A stretch of 64,000 bases of DNA, from assembly GCA_951406725.2 (NCBI GenBank), contig OX597816.1:62186001-62250000 (forward strand). Direction: 5' to 3'. Origin of the DNA: Octopus vulgaris. Taxonomy: Eukaryota. The position numbers were made by a program, and so were the translations under genes. Shown one piece after another: positions 39,030 through 52,184 of this stretch. Under the pieces are notes generated by a model. That model ran no database searches. It saw only the letters and a program-made list of their open reading frames with translations, and was not told where the DNA came from. How positions within the stretch are numbered: position 1 is the stretch's first letter; every line of letters starts with the position of its first letter.

Positions 39030-40130
39030 TATTGATTTCAAATTTTGACACAGAACGAGGAAGTTCGGGGATGAGGCATGTCGATTACATCGACCTCTGT
39101 GTTCAAATGGTACGCATTTCGTCGCGCTCGAGAGGACGAAGGGCAAATCAACCTCTGCAGAATTTGAACTGATAACATTAAAGACGGACGAAATGCCTCT
39201 ATGCATTTCTACCAGCGTGCTAATGATTCTGCAAATTCGCCGCCTTAAAGGTAAAGTTTAGCTCGGCGGAATTTGAAACTAGAACGAAAAAACCAACAAT
39301 ATGATTAAGGAGTATTTTGTCCGGCGTGCTAACAATTCTTCTTTCTTTATTGCCCATAAAGGGCTAAACATAGAGGGGACAAACAAACACAGACAAGGGA
39401 ATTAAGTCGATTTCATCAACCCCAGTGCGCAACTGGTACTTAATTTATCAACTCTGAAAGGATGACAGGCAAAGTCGACCTCGGCGGAATTTGAACACAG
39501 AACTTAAAGACAGACAAAATACCTATTTCTTTATTACCCAGAAGGGACTAAACACAGAGAGGACAAACAAGGACAGACAAACGGATTAAGTCGATTATAT
39601 CGACCCCAGTACGTAACTGCTACTTATTTAATCGACCCCGAAAGGATGAAAGGCAAAGTAGACCTCGGCGGAATTTGAACTCAGAACGCAAAGACAGACG
39701 AAATACCTATTTCTATTTCTTTACTACCCACAAGGGACCAAACACAGAGGGGACAAACAAGGACAGATAAACGGATTAAGTCGATTATATCGACCCAAGT
39801 GTGTAACTGGTACTTATTTAATCGACTCCGAAAGGATGAGAGGCAAAGTCGACTTCGGCGGAATTTGAACTCAGAACGTATCGGCAGACGAAATACATAT
39901 TTCTTTACTACCCACAAGGGGCTAAACACTGAAGGGACAAACAAGGACAGACAAACCGATTAAGTCGATTACATCGACCCCGGTTCGTAACTGGTACTTA
40001 ATTTATCGATACCCGAAAGGAAGAAAGGAAAAGTCGACCACGGCGGAATTTGAACTCAGAACATAACGGCAGAAGAAATACGGCTACGCATTCCGCCCGG
40101 CGTGCTAACGTTTCTGCCAGCTCGCCGCCT
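39030..40130 (-). mobile_element. Cluster of SINE family A copies including a 4-unit head-to-tail array (39345-40130)
   Basis: Unit spacing 184, 190 and 185 bp (CGGCGGAATTTG anchor); only the rightmost unit has the 5' head. Confidence 0.9.
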
Positions 40131-40964
40131 CATCATGACATTCATCTAAGTATTGAACAAATAAATGGCTACAATTGTGCTTTTACATAATATGTACCTA
40201 GGTGTAAGAGCTCAATCCAACTATGAAACCATTGGCCTTAATGAATGCCACATAACACTTCTTCTTCCACAAAACCAAACGTAATCAACCACACCGTACG
40301 TCCAATAGTATCTACTTATTTGAACTCTTACCGTCATTACAGATGTCTTAAAACTTGTTGCCTTCGTACCACTTAAGGCCTAAACTGTTTACCGTGTAAT
40401 GACCTTAAGTTTATATAGACTTTGCACAAACGAATTTGGATTTACGTCTTAAACATGAAAATCAAATTTATATTGATAATGGAATATGAAATTTTGACGT
40501 TCGTGTTTTTCCTTAAGACATTAACAATAACTGAAGTAGTTCTATCCAATGATAGTGGCAGACACGCTGAAAGAAAATTTTATACGTTGCTAAATCATAA
40601 AGCTATTCTTCCTCCTTCAAAACTGTATCGGGCAGTGAACTTTTCATAAATTTTCCGTGAGCTTGTAATATATAAAGCTAATAATGATTTGTAACATAGA
40701 CGCAGGCATAGTCGTACAGTTAAAATGCTCGGTTGGCATATATAATTGTATAATTACATCTGACTTCGAAACGAATGTTTCCGAGTTCGATTTGACAGCA
40801 GGAATCTTTGCGAAAGTCACCTCCACAATAAACTCGGATTGATCAATATGTTGTGAGTAGCATTTTGTAGAAGTGAAGTCTGTAGAAGATCGTTGCATAG
40901 CACACATACAGGGTTGACTAAACATCACGTACTAAAACATTTGACATTTAATTTACATTATGCT

Positions 40965-41117
40965 CTTTTACTTGTTTCAGTCATTTGACTGCGGCCATGC
41001 TGGAGCACCGCCTTTAATCGAACAAATCGACCCCAGGACTTATTCTTTGTAAGTTTAGTAGTTATTCTATCGGTTGCTTTTGCCGAACCGCTAAGTTACG
41101 GGGACGTAAACACACCA
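40965..41117 (-). mobile_element. SINE family B 3' half
   Basis: TTGTTTCAGTCATTTGACTGCGGCCATGCTGGAGCACCGCC...GGGGACGTAAACACACCA. Confidence 0.9.
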
Positions 41118-41310
41118 CTGATGAATTGCGGGCATTTACCTAAGATGTAACAATGAAACCGGGTTTGTGATTAATCTTTATATTTTGTATCTTTTCATTT
41201 GTCATGCACGCTTACGTTCTGGCGTTTGCTGAAATTTCCTGAGAACAATCTTTTCTTAGTGGTCTACCTCTAGCATAATGGATGTCCACTTAGTGCTCAT
41301 CCCTCTTATA
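41113..41310 (+). mobile_element. Hammerhead element related to the 13-kb element (ribozyme 41113-41169)
   Basis: CTGATGA 41118-24, ATTG/CAAT stem II, GAAA 41155-58, ACC-G-GGT, U17. Stem I is disrupted by the SINE junction. Downstream TGTCATGC..GTTCTGG..GGTCTA..TCTAGCATA as at 13810-13905. Confidence 0.7.
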
Positions 41311-41391
41311 TGTATGTATATATATGTATATATATATATATATATATATTTAGTTATATAGCAATCTATCTACATATCTGCCTACAATCGC

Positions 41392-41555
41392 ATGACAACC
41401 GATGCTGGTGTGTTTATTTCCCCTTAACTTAGCGGTTCGGCAAAAGAGAACGATTGAATAAGTACCAGGCTTACAAAGAATAAGATCTGGGATCGATTTG
41501 TTCGACTAAAGGTAGTACTTCAGCATGGCCGTAGTGAAAACACTGAAACAAGTAA
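41392..41555 (+). mobile_element. SINE family B 3' half
   Basis: GACAACCGATGCTGGTGTG...CAGCATGGCCGTAGTGAAAACACTGAAACAAG. Confidence 0.85.
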
Positions 41556-42046
41556 AAAAACAACAACATACGTACATATGTATATATATGCATGTGTGTG
41601 TATATATGTATGGGTGATGGTATGTGTAATTGTGTATGTATATCTATGTATAAGTATGTTTGTGACCATACTAGTAAGCAGAACTGCTAGCAGGCACCTT
41701 TGTCATTTACAGGCCTTCATAGAACAAAAATGGCCACATCAAAAACTCCATTTCTTTATTATTGATCTGCTTAATTCTGATTTGCTATCCCATTATTTTT
41801 TCTGTGTGTATGTATTTATAAATGAATATATGTGAATGAATACATGTATATGATTGTTTACGTTTCTGCGTGTATTCATGTGTAAGGTCCCATTTTTTAT
41901 GTGTGTGTACGTGTTTATGTGTGTATATGTACGTGTGTGTATATGTACGTGTGTGTATATGTACGTGTGTGTACGTCTCTCTCTTTCTCTCTATCTTTAT
42001 GTATGGATATATGTATATGTGTCTGTGAGTGCGTATTAGTGTCGCT

Positions 42047-42245
42047 TAACACTACACAGTTTTTCTCTCTCCGTTTTTTTTTATTTCCTTTCCATCTTTC
42101 CTCTTATTCCTTTCTGTCGAAGAGCTTAGATTCGAAACCTAAAAGACTTTTCCATTTTTTTTCGAGCTTTGAACTAATACACTTGTTTGTTGCTCCTACA
42201 TCTGTCTACGGTTTTTTTGCCTATAAATTTGAACTTTGTACGTAT
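42047..42245 (+). mobile_element. Family H2 repeat with variant hammerhead (42110-42145)
   Basis: CTTT-CTGTCGAA-GAGC ttag ATTC-GAAA-CCT-A-AAAG. Confidence 0.65.
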
Positions 42246-42468
42246 ATATGTGTGTATGTTTGTAATTAAGCACTCCCTGGTTGAACAGTGAATAACTAAC
42301 TCTAAAATATCAGTTTGAAAAATGTTTTTTAAACGAGAGACTCTCATCAGAGTCTCCTTTTGTAAACTTCTAAACGTCTAATTACTAAAGTGGAAAAATA
42401 ATGAGAAAATCTATTTCTATGTATTTTTTCAAATATGTAATACTGTACCAATAATTCTCTATTGCTTA

Positions 42469-42524
<56 letters not shown>

Positions 42525-42528
<4 letters not shown>

Positions 42529-42856
42529 TGCAGCGTGGGAGGTGTTTATAAGCCATTTGCAGCGTGAAAGGTGTTTATAAGCCATTTAAGAAATACACAA
42601 AAACCGTTAGATTCACTTCAACATTTAAATTTAATTTGTCAAAATATTTTCGTCACTTTGAGACCTTTGTCAGTAAACATGTCGCGGTCTCAAAGCGACG
42701 AAAATATTTTGACAAATTAAATTTAAATGTTGAAGTGAATCTAACGGTTTTTGTGTGTTTCTTAAATGGCTAATAAACACCTTCCACGCTGCAATTGTTT
42801 TCGTTCTAGCACACGATCTCAGATAAGGTCACTTGCTATGCAAGTACATCTCTGTA

Positions 42857-42858
<2 letters not shown>
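42525..42858 (+). mobile_element. Foldback element (109-bp inverted arms) between (TA)n tracts with hammerhead-like fold
   Basis: 42557-42665 is inverted relative to 42686-42794; 29-bp tandem duplication at the left end; hammerhead-like topology at 42666-42716. Confidence 0.75.
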
Positions 42859-42910
<52 letters not shown>

Positions 42911-43340
42911 ACAGGCAAAATCACAATGAGAGACAACACACTCACACACACACACACACACTTTCACACCCGCAGATATATATAGTATCGAGAAAATTCG
43001 AGCGTATGAGTGATAATATTTTTACTTTAAGTCGGAAAAAGTATTGAAGTAGATGTAGAGGACTAAAAATTTTGCAGATGTGTCCCCACCTCTTTAGATT
43101 CTAAATGCTTCTTGAAGAAAATTCTTGATAGAATATCGTATATTTATTTCTTGTTAAGTAATGTATGGTGAATGATTAGTGCGGTCAGTTTGAGGCACTT
43201 GTATATCATAAATATATATTTCGAAATAAAAAAAAAATCTATTTCCTTCGATGTATTTCGAAACATAGCTGAACTAACATTTACTTATTCAGAAATATGT
43301 GCTCATCTAGAACAAGGGTAGACATATGGGCAGATAAATA

Positions 43341-43728
43341 GTCCTTTCTACGTTAGGCACAAGGTCTGACATTTTTGGGGAGGGGACCAGTCGATTACAT
43401 TGACTCCAGTGAACAACTGGTACTTAATTTATCGACCACGAAAGGATGAAAGGCAAAGTTGACTCTGGCGGTATTTGAACTCAGAATGTGATGATAGACG
43501 AAATACCCTCAAGGTGCTAAACACAGAGAGGACAAACAAGGATAGACAAACGGTTTAAGTCGATTATATCAACCCCAGTGCGTAACTGGTACTTATTTAA
43601 TCGACCCCGAAAGGATGAAAAGCAAAGTCGACCTCGGCGGAATTTGAACTCAGAACGTAACGGCAGACGAAATACGGCTACGCATTTTGCCCGGCGTGCT
43701 AACTTTTCTGCCAGCTCGCCGCCTTTAC
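43341..43728 (-). mobile_element. Composite SINE family A dimer
   Basis: Two units with different tails inside direct repeats GGCAGATAAATA (43329-40, 43729-40). Confidence 0.85.
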
Positions 43729-45159
43729 GGCAGATAAATAATGCGTTGTATTTAGGGAAAGGGAGAAATCTTTTCGGACTGAAAAATAAAAAATCAATGC
43801 GCATGAACGGCTGGAAACAGAACACTCGCGGACTCTTGATAGCCAGAACACTCTCTATCCAACACTAATGATGTTTAAGATGCTTTATCAAGAAATCTCT
43901 CTTGCCAAAAATATACAAAATATAATTTATCGTCTTCGCTCTCTACATAAATCACTGTACTTGATCTGGATCAGACATGCACATGAAAGAGTACTCTGAG
44001 GGTAAGATGGAATTTGATGTTTAACCACCTCACCGACATGCTGCCCAGTACTCCCCTCGTCTTTCCTCGTGTTTACCCTATATTTCTATATAGTTTAAAT
44101 ACTAGGAACCATTCCAATTTTAAACTTCAACCTCTGTTTCTCTTGTTCTTTTCTAGGTTTAATTAATTAAAAATATCATCATGCACGTACACGCATTTTT
44201 CCAGTGTATCCTCGTATTTCACAAGCAATGCATCCTGTGGATAAAAAAATAGTACTGAGGCAAAAATAAAATACATATAAAAGCTAAAACAACGTAACAA
44301 TGTTTTTTCATAAAATTTAAACATTCTATAAAGCCTCCCGTTTAATTCATAAGGAAATCACATTTTGGTCGTTACTATATCGTTACTAGCTTCCTCGGAT
44401 TCGAATATCTTACTAGCAGAAAATTATTCATTTATGAATTGTTATTTTTATTTCTAATGGGAATTTTATTGATTTTAGTTTATTAATTAAGCCTTTGGTT
44501 TTAGATTATTTTTTTAGGCAGTCAAAATGTCTTCGTGATTTAAAATAGCTCATGCGGTGAGTTGATAACTGCATAATATAATCACGTGTAAGAATATGTG
44601 TACAGACAGCGCTCAGAAATATGGAAAATAAATATTTCCAGTGTAATATGTATAAGTTCCCTCGAAGATATCCACCTTCAAGTGTACGGGAAATATGATT
44701 AGTCTCAAGGCGTAATTACAATTGGCTCCGTTCAGAGAATGTCTACCGCATCTAATAAATACACTAGGGCCACAAATCAAGTGAAGAAAGAACGGGTGTT
44801 TTTGCTGCAGCCATACGTCTAGCAGCACCATGTCATTATCCAGTTTTCTTTTCTGGAGTCATTCTGTCCTCATTAGATGATTTAACGCCCATATATATTA
44901 TAGGTCTGAACGGCTTAAAATATTTAATTTGTTGAGTTAATATAATTAAGTAAAGGGCCGAATGTCCGCTGAGAAAATATGCAGTCTTAGTTCCAAAACT
45001 CGGTTTAGTAAGACTACTAAATAATTTCAAAATAAAGCTAATTTCATTAAAATTAAAATCAATAGATCTTAATGGCTTCTATTCATCGTCTGTTCTTACA
45101 AATTTTTACATAATTCAAGTATAATCGGAGGCGTCTAGCAACGTCATTTTCGTTCCAGT

Positions 45160-45720
45160 AGTGGCCGCTCCATTATCTCAGTCATCATCAACTCAAGTAG
45201 TCAACGAAAATGACCCTAGATTTGCTTCTATTACTCAGTCAAATCAACCGATGAATTTCAATTTTCCCAGTCGGACATTTGGCAACCAGAAACAATGTTT
45301 TCAATTAATTTGGTTCAATGCTTTTTATTTCATTCATTATAACCAAACATCCGATAACATAGTTTTTTGTTGTTTTTATTCCTGCGTAGTATTGCAAAAA
45401 ATCAAGACTATAGTATGTTACATGTAAAGTAAAAGCGGTTTTAATAGAACAATTTTTTAATCGGAAAAAGAAAGTACCAATGCGTCGAGAAATAGCAACT
45501 TTCTTAAGTTTCCTGGCCTGATATTGAATCGGAAGTGTTGATTCGTAAATGCGGTAACGTTAGAGAATTGTTGAAGAACAGTACCAGAAAACATAAGCAA
45601 ACAAATTATAACTGCCTAATAAAAATTGATGAGTATTTGCGCTTCCTTTGCTGGCAAAGAAAATCTGTGCAAGGAAATGTTGAAGACTCATCTAGTTGGA
45701 TACCTTTGTACAAATGAGAC
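45160..45720 (+). pseudogene. Decayed hAT transposase N-terminus (TTF-type zinc finger / ZMYM1-like)
   Basis: QPMNFNFPSRTFGNQKQCFQLIWFNAFYFIHYNQTSDNIVFC, then LIKIDEYLRFLCWQRKSVQG. Confidence 0.7.
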
Positions 45721-47321
45721 GGAAAGATGGTTTTGATTCTCTGGTTTTGGTCAAAGAAGTAAATATAGCGAAGTAGCTTATATAAGCAATAAAGTACGTT
45801 GTAGGATGCTCAGATTCTCAAAGCTCATGAACATATGCAACATCGCTTAGAGAATTTATCAGGAACAACCATAGCGCAATTTATTCCTTTATTGTTTCTC
45901 AGTATTCATTGTCTTAGTAAAGACTGTCCAGATTAAAGACTCTACGATGTTGGAGTTAGTCGGCATTTAATCAAACCATAATTATCCCTCATCAGTCAAC
46001 AGAATATTGAGAGTTATTAATTTCCTTGTTTTTTTCGTGAGGAGAATCAAAACTTTCATTTTCTTAGAAAAATCATGATTCACATATCTTTGTCAACCAA
46101 TAACATAGTGGTGATGCCATACATTTCAGAGAGTCACTAGCATATATTCAAATCGGGTTGTATCGATTCGTCTTCCCGTGATCTGCATCAGACAATTTTT
46201 CTTCCTGTCTGACAGCTCTAAAAAATAAAGCATTTCATAAGCACCCCTCAAATTATACAGTGTGGTCCCTGTTTAGTTACAACTATAGAGTGAGTGTTGT
46301 TTTTCTATAGTCGCATTTCTTTGGTCAAGCAGTTAATCTGACGTCATATTCCATTTTCCATCACATTCGATAAATGTATATATTTTAGGTGCAGCTTTGG
46401 AGCTTTCTATTCGTTCCCCTCTCAATTAAATAGCCTTTTTCCCAGTCTTTCATATTCTATTAATTCTATTAATAAATTTTCTTTATTGTTATAATGCTTC
46501 CACGATCTCAACTAAGACCCAATTACTCCGGTTTGCATAAATAATTTTTCATTCAATCTCAGTATGTAGAATTGTATACAAGTTGCGTTTTTCTATGTCT
46601 ACTTTTATTATTATTAGTGTTTTACTTGGTGGAGTAGTCACAGCCTACTTTCGATTATTGCTAGTGTATAAACCAATGCATCTGACAAAGCCAGTTTATG
46701 ATGTCACTGACACATTTCCAGCAATAAAAATATTGTTAGCCAGAGATACATCGACAATATTTTCAGTCATCGCTGATATCCTTTGATAACCGATTGAAAG
46801 TATGTCTATAGAGATGTAGAAAATTAGTTTTTTACAAAACCAGGATCGTGCGGAAGGAACAAAAAAAATCTGGAATGGTATGGCTAACCTTTAGGAAAAA
46901 TTTCAACTAATGGCTTTAGTGAGACTCTGCGAAGCAAATTCAGATCTGTGTGTCAAAACAATTACAATGAAAGATATTATCTGATACGATTAGCAGAAGT
47001 AAGGAGATTGTTACTTGAGTTAAGCATTTATGAAAAAGAGAGAATTTCCATGGTGAGTTGAAAAATAATCTCCCAAAACATGAATTAGTTTAAAAGAAAA
47101 TGAGTGACTGCTAACACCTAAAGTTTGAGTGCAACTAAATAGGCCGCATACACTGCTTGCTCTTAACGATTTTTAAATAAATATTAAGCCATATATGACT
47201 GCTGCTGAGGGTATGTACAGTCACAGCTGAATGCTGCTTTTTGGACATTATTATTCTATACTAGATTCAAATGAAGTTTTTCATTTGTTCTTTGGGTTGA
47301 AGCTCTGCCAGCTCATTTTCT

Positions 47322-47738
47322 TATTTCTTTACTACCCACAAGGGCTACACACAGAGGGGACAAACAAGGACAGATAAACGGATTCAGTCGATTATATCGA
47401 CCCAAGTGTTTAACTGGTACTTATTTAATCGACCTCGAAAGGATGAAAGGCAAAGTCGACCTCAGCGGAATTTGAACTCAGAACGTAGTGGCAGACGAAA
47501 TACCTATTTCTTTACTACCCACAAGGGGCTAAACACAGAGAAGACAAACAAGGACAGACAAACGGATTAAGTCGATTATATCGACCCCAGTGCGTAACTA
47601 GTACTTAATTTATCGACCCCGAAAGGATAAAAGGCATAGCCGACCTCGGCGGAATTTGAACGCAGAACGTAACGGCAGACGAAATACGGCTACGCATTTC
47701 GCCCGGCGTGCTAACGTTTCTGCCAGCTCCCCGCCTTA
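47322..47738 (-). mobile_element. SINE family A head-to-tail dimer
   Basis: 184-bp period; 18-bp TSD TCTGCCAGCTCATTTTCT (47304-21, 47742-59). Confidence 0.9.
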
Positions 47739-49267
47739 TTTTCTGCCAGCTCATTTTCTGTCATACAGACAGTGTATAAAAGTTAAGTACAAACATTTAA
47801 AATGTCTTGGAAAGATAGTCAGTGGGTGGCTGAAGTTGACAACGAAATTTTGGAAAATGTGGAATAGGGATTTATTTGATACAATCTATAATTATATGCA
47901 AGAGTCATGAATACAACATTTTCTCTCAGAGCATATATTATGACAAAGTAAATATCCATCGGAAAAAGGTAATCTTTGAGGGACAGACATTGCAATCAAC
48001 AGCCGTTATAGGTACTTGCATTTTGAAGCCGTAGACAAACATTCTCTTAACATTTTCATCGAGCAGGTTATGAAGTATATTCTAAACTGGAGACAATGCT
48101 TGTAAAAAGTGCTCACCAACAGGAACGCGTCATTCGAAGTCATTTTTATAAAGAGAAGATATACATTGTTATTTGGTTGACATTGCCGCTAATGAATGAG
48201 AAAAGAAGAAACTTACATGTGGCGGACTTCTAGTCTCCGCCATTCACACTCACTCACAACGCTTCATTCCATCCAAAGTGCTGTGTAATACGGCTGAATT
48301 GAAGAAAGCTTCTTATCGACACGGACACATCTGACCCTAATAAACGGAAGGCTTCGCATTGAGCCCGAACTCATAACTTATGTAAACTTGACATGAACGT
48401 TAATAATTATACCAAGGCAATATTTATGCAAACTCTTATATCTACCTGGTCACTGACGCATGATGTGTTGTATTAGTCTGAAAAAGTACAATGCTATTAG
48501 ATACAAATCATATCAGACATTTAGATATTTGATTAATAATTCAACTCAAATTTAAATAATAGATTTATTCTAATTATCGAAGAACTTAAGATAAATACAA
48601 ACTTTTAATTTCATAATTAAAATATTCTATTTACTCTTTATCTATTTATTATATAGCATCAATTGTTTAGTTTTTATTGCCATTTAGGTTATATCATGCA
48701 ATTCGTTAACAATAGCGTCGTTTAATAATGCATAACTGTGAGCACATAGTACTGTGTCACAAATATGCAGCGAATGAGTATGTAGTTCAGTTTTCCTACA
48801 ATTTCACTGATGTTATTAAAGTAATGTCCAAATACACAGAGACAAAACAAAAAAGATATATGTATGTGCTATGAATGCAAAATTCGGCGAAAAAATGTTA
48901 AGGGACCAATCTTTTATAAATTTACCAATGTAAATGGCAAATGTCTCTTAGACTTCCAAACGTAAAATGACCTGATAAATCTGATTATACAATACACAAA
49001 CAGAATAGGTAGGCTGTGGATGTTTACGTCCCGAAATAACAGTGATGCATAACTTGATCACAACATAATAAAAATGAAAATTGAATAACACTCCTATGAG
49101 CTACGAATCCTACTGTTAATTCTTACCATCAATTGGGACAGGAATATTCAAGCAAAGTTTGAGAGTAAATAAGGATTTACGTAAATGTAGACTGGAAAGA
49201 AAGTACAGACACAGTTGCAAAATATTTTAGATGATATCAAAAATGTCAATTCTTTTAACAATACAAT

Positions 49268-49721
49268 ACTTAAACTCTTCTCCCTGGAGCGAAGGCGGGT
49301 AAGTTATGCAGTGATATACATCTGGAAAATCCTGGAGTTTCTTGTCCCGAATTTTGGCATTGAAAGTTACCCCGACAGCAGAAAGATCCCAACATCACCA
49401 TGAAAATACAGGACCAGATACTGCAACAGCTTGGGTTTCAGGGGACCACAGCTCTTCAATATCCTTCCTAAATGTCTGAGAGATCTGCATGGTGTGGATG
49501 TGGATTTCTTTAAAACTAAACTGGATCTCTTCTTGTCAGGGGTTCCAGATGAACCTACCTTTCGGCAGGAAACACAGATGCGGGCAGCGGCGTCGAACTC
49601 CCTTGTTGACCAAGTGCCACGTATCAGAGGTCGTTTCACATACTAGTGTAGTTCATTCAACGGTGGTGCCCCAGCATGGCCGCAGCTTTCGAGCTGAAAC
49701 ATTTTTTAAGGATTTTAAGGA
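49268..49721 (+). mobile_element. CR1/L2-group LINE 3' fragment, internally deleted
   Basis: LKLFSLERRR..YAVIYIWKILE..GPQLFNILPKCLRDL..FKTKLDLFLSGVPDEP..NSL; 3' stem-loop and (TTTTAAGGA)2 tail. Confidence 0.85.
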
Positions 49722-50744
49722 ATACCATCATATTGAAGTAGAAGCAAATATTTCAAAAGGAGAAAGGAAACAACAAAACACACCCTATGGGAAATCGCGA
49801 AGGTAAGTACGAAAAGCGGGACTGTAAACAGGTAAAATAAAGAACATGTAAAATAAGTAAACTCTTGAGAATTAATAAAGCGGTGTTGCAAAATGCAAGA
49901 CAATAACACGATGAAATCGTAACACAAATACTTGATTCTAATTTTCATGATAGAATATGTAATTCAAATTGCTTGAGAAAACCAACAACTTTCACATATG
50001 AGAAACAGAAGGAAGAAATAAGGCCAAAATGTAAACATCCGTGAGAACCGAATTTAAAATGTCTACACGGACAGTCACCAAACATAGACCAAGCTATCCT
50101 TAATGTTGTGAAATAAAAAAAAACATCCTTACCTGTAGTTACAAACGACTTGACTAAAGACCTAAAGAACTGTATTATCAGGTCCTTTTCAAGTTGCAAA
50201 ACAAGACTTGACAATATATTAATGAAGATATGGAAATCATGAATACTCTTAAATCATGTACTTGAAAAGTGTAACAAACCTTGCTCCTGGGAGCAACATT
50301 CACCGAATACCATATATGGAAATGTATTATTAGCAGAAACCATCGAAAAATGGAGAGCTATGTTTCTGGGGCACTGTTAATAAACAAAAGTTGTCAACAA
50401 TTGTGTAATAATCGGTGCATGGTAATACACGTGGAGGGCGTTTTACTGAAGGTCGAACGTTTTACTGAAGGTCACATTTCAGTGTATCGTGAGTCTACTT
50501 GACATGACAACGACTACATCTACTGATTTATGCGACACGGTCTTATAGGAAATGACGTATATTAGTGGCTGTCGAAACCGAAACGTTGTGTGCGGCCAAG
50601 TCAATCCATGACCAACGAGATTTAAAACGTTATTCCGAAAAGTTAGGAATACTCTATGATACACTTGAGTATTGCGTATCAATGAGTTAAATTATGCGAA
50701 ATTGTTTGAACATAAATGCTTGGCAAATTATATATATTTAGCAG

Positions 50745-50972
50745 GGCGGCGAGCTGGCAGGAACGTTAGCACGCCGGGCGAAATGCGTAGCCGTATTTCG
50801 TCTGCCGTTATGTTCTGAGTTCAAATTCAGTTCAGGACGAGTTTGCCTTTCAACCTTTCGGGGTCGATAAATTATGTACCAGTTACGCACTGGGGTCGAT
50901 GTAATCGACTTAATCCGTTTGCCTGTCCTTGTTTGTCCCCTCTATGTTTGGCCCCTCGGGGGTAGTAAAGAA

Positions 50973-50973
<1 letters not shown>
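50745..50973 (+). mobile_element. SINE family A, full length
   Basis: Consensus match; flanking repeat ATATATATTTAGCAGGGCG at ~50730 and ~51005. Confidence 0.9.
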
Positions 50974-51015
<42 letters not shown>

Positions 51016-51188
51016 GCAGGGCGAAACACAGATACAAGCACGCCTACACATATATGTATAAGTGTATGTTTGTATGTATCATGTATGCATGTGTATATGT
51101 ATGTATATCTGTGTGTATGTATGCATGTATGTATGCATGTCTGTGTGTATGTATGTATGCATTCATGTATAAGCACACGTGCACACAC

Positions 51189-51368
51189 GGCTCGTATAGT
51201 GAATGGGGAAAGCTTGGTCTGCAATGTTTGCAGTCGTGTATGCTTGTCAAGAGCAGGGCTCATTAGCCACCAACGGAGCCGCAAATGCAAAATATAAGTT
51301 AGTCCTAGAGCGCGCAATGTTCCTGAAGGTCGGCAATGGTCTTCCTCGGTCACGAGTGGACGGCCATC
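51189..51368 (+). mobile_element. 5'-truncated RTE LINE (C2H2 finger + 3' end) with 72-bp TSD
   Basis: LVCNVCSRVCLSRAGLISHQR*, tail ATGGTCTTCCTCGGTCACGAGTGGACGGCCATCAT; direct repeats at 51117-51188 and 51369-51440. Confidence 0.85.
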
Positions 51369-52184
51369 ATGTATGCATGTATGTATGCATGTCTGTGTGT
51401 ATGTATGTATGCATTCATGTATAAGCACACGTGCACACACAGTGGTGTGCCACTATATCTCCGTCTACCAAATTCTGATAAGAATTCCTTAGTCAGCTGG
51501 ATGCACTGCAAATGACTCTTGCCCATTAAGCCGTGCAATGCAATGCAATCCTGATAATAGTTCAATGCAGAACGTGTTAACCATAGAGGGATGCGTACAT
51601 GTATATTTCTACAGTTCATTGAACTTTGGGTTTAAGAGACTTACAGCAAAATCATCATGAGCTCTGCAGTATGGAAACTTGCAGCAAAGTTGAAATGCTA
51701 AATGCACCCACTTGAATGTTAAGTATTTCAAGCATCAAAATTTTACTGTAATAAAATTGTTATTCTTTTCGCCAGAAGTTTTGCCCTTTCCTATGTATGC
51801 GTGTGCGTGTTCGTGTGCTCAAATTATGTATTACACATTGAAGAAAGTACAGCCCCCAAGACATTTTTTAGGGTGTCCGGGAGTCACGGAAAGAAGAGAG
51901 AAATTTAAACTTTGTTCGGAGGATAAGATAAGATATTAATGTTCTTTTTTGCTTGAAAATAATTTCTTTCTTCCCCCATTAGTTTATATAGATTCAAATA
52001 TCAATGACAAAATACCGAATGCTTGCAAGAAAGTAGACTCTGCTAATGCTCTAATGAACTCATGCGAAATGTAGGGATGCTAGACCGGATAAATCTATCA
52101 GCAAAGTTCTGAGGTTGTCCCTTAGACTACTTTTTATACACTTTACATTTATCAAATTTCATACACACAACTGTGGTCAATAAA

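Noticed and set aside
39345-40130. Regularly spaced repeats suggesting a CRISPR-like array
   Set aside because: Whole units repeat with no unique spacers; eukaryotic SINE multimer.
42335-42385. Hairpin GAGACTCT-catc-AGAGTCTC containing minus-strand CTGATGA
   Set aside because: GTTT follows stem II instead of GAAA; at best a scrambled remnant.
45985-46000. Minus-strand CTGATGAGG
   Set aside because: No downstream GAAA or closing stems.
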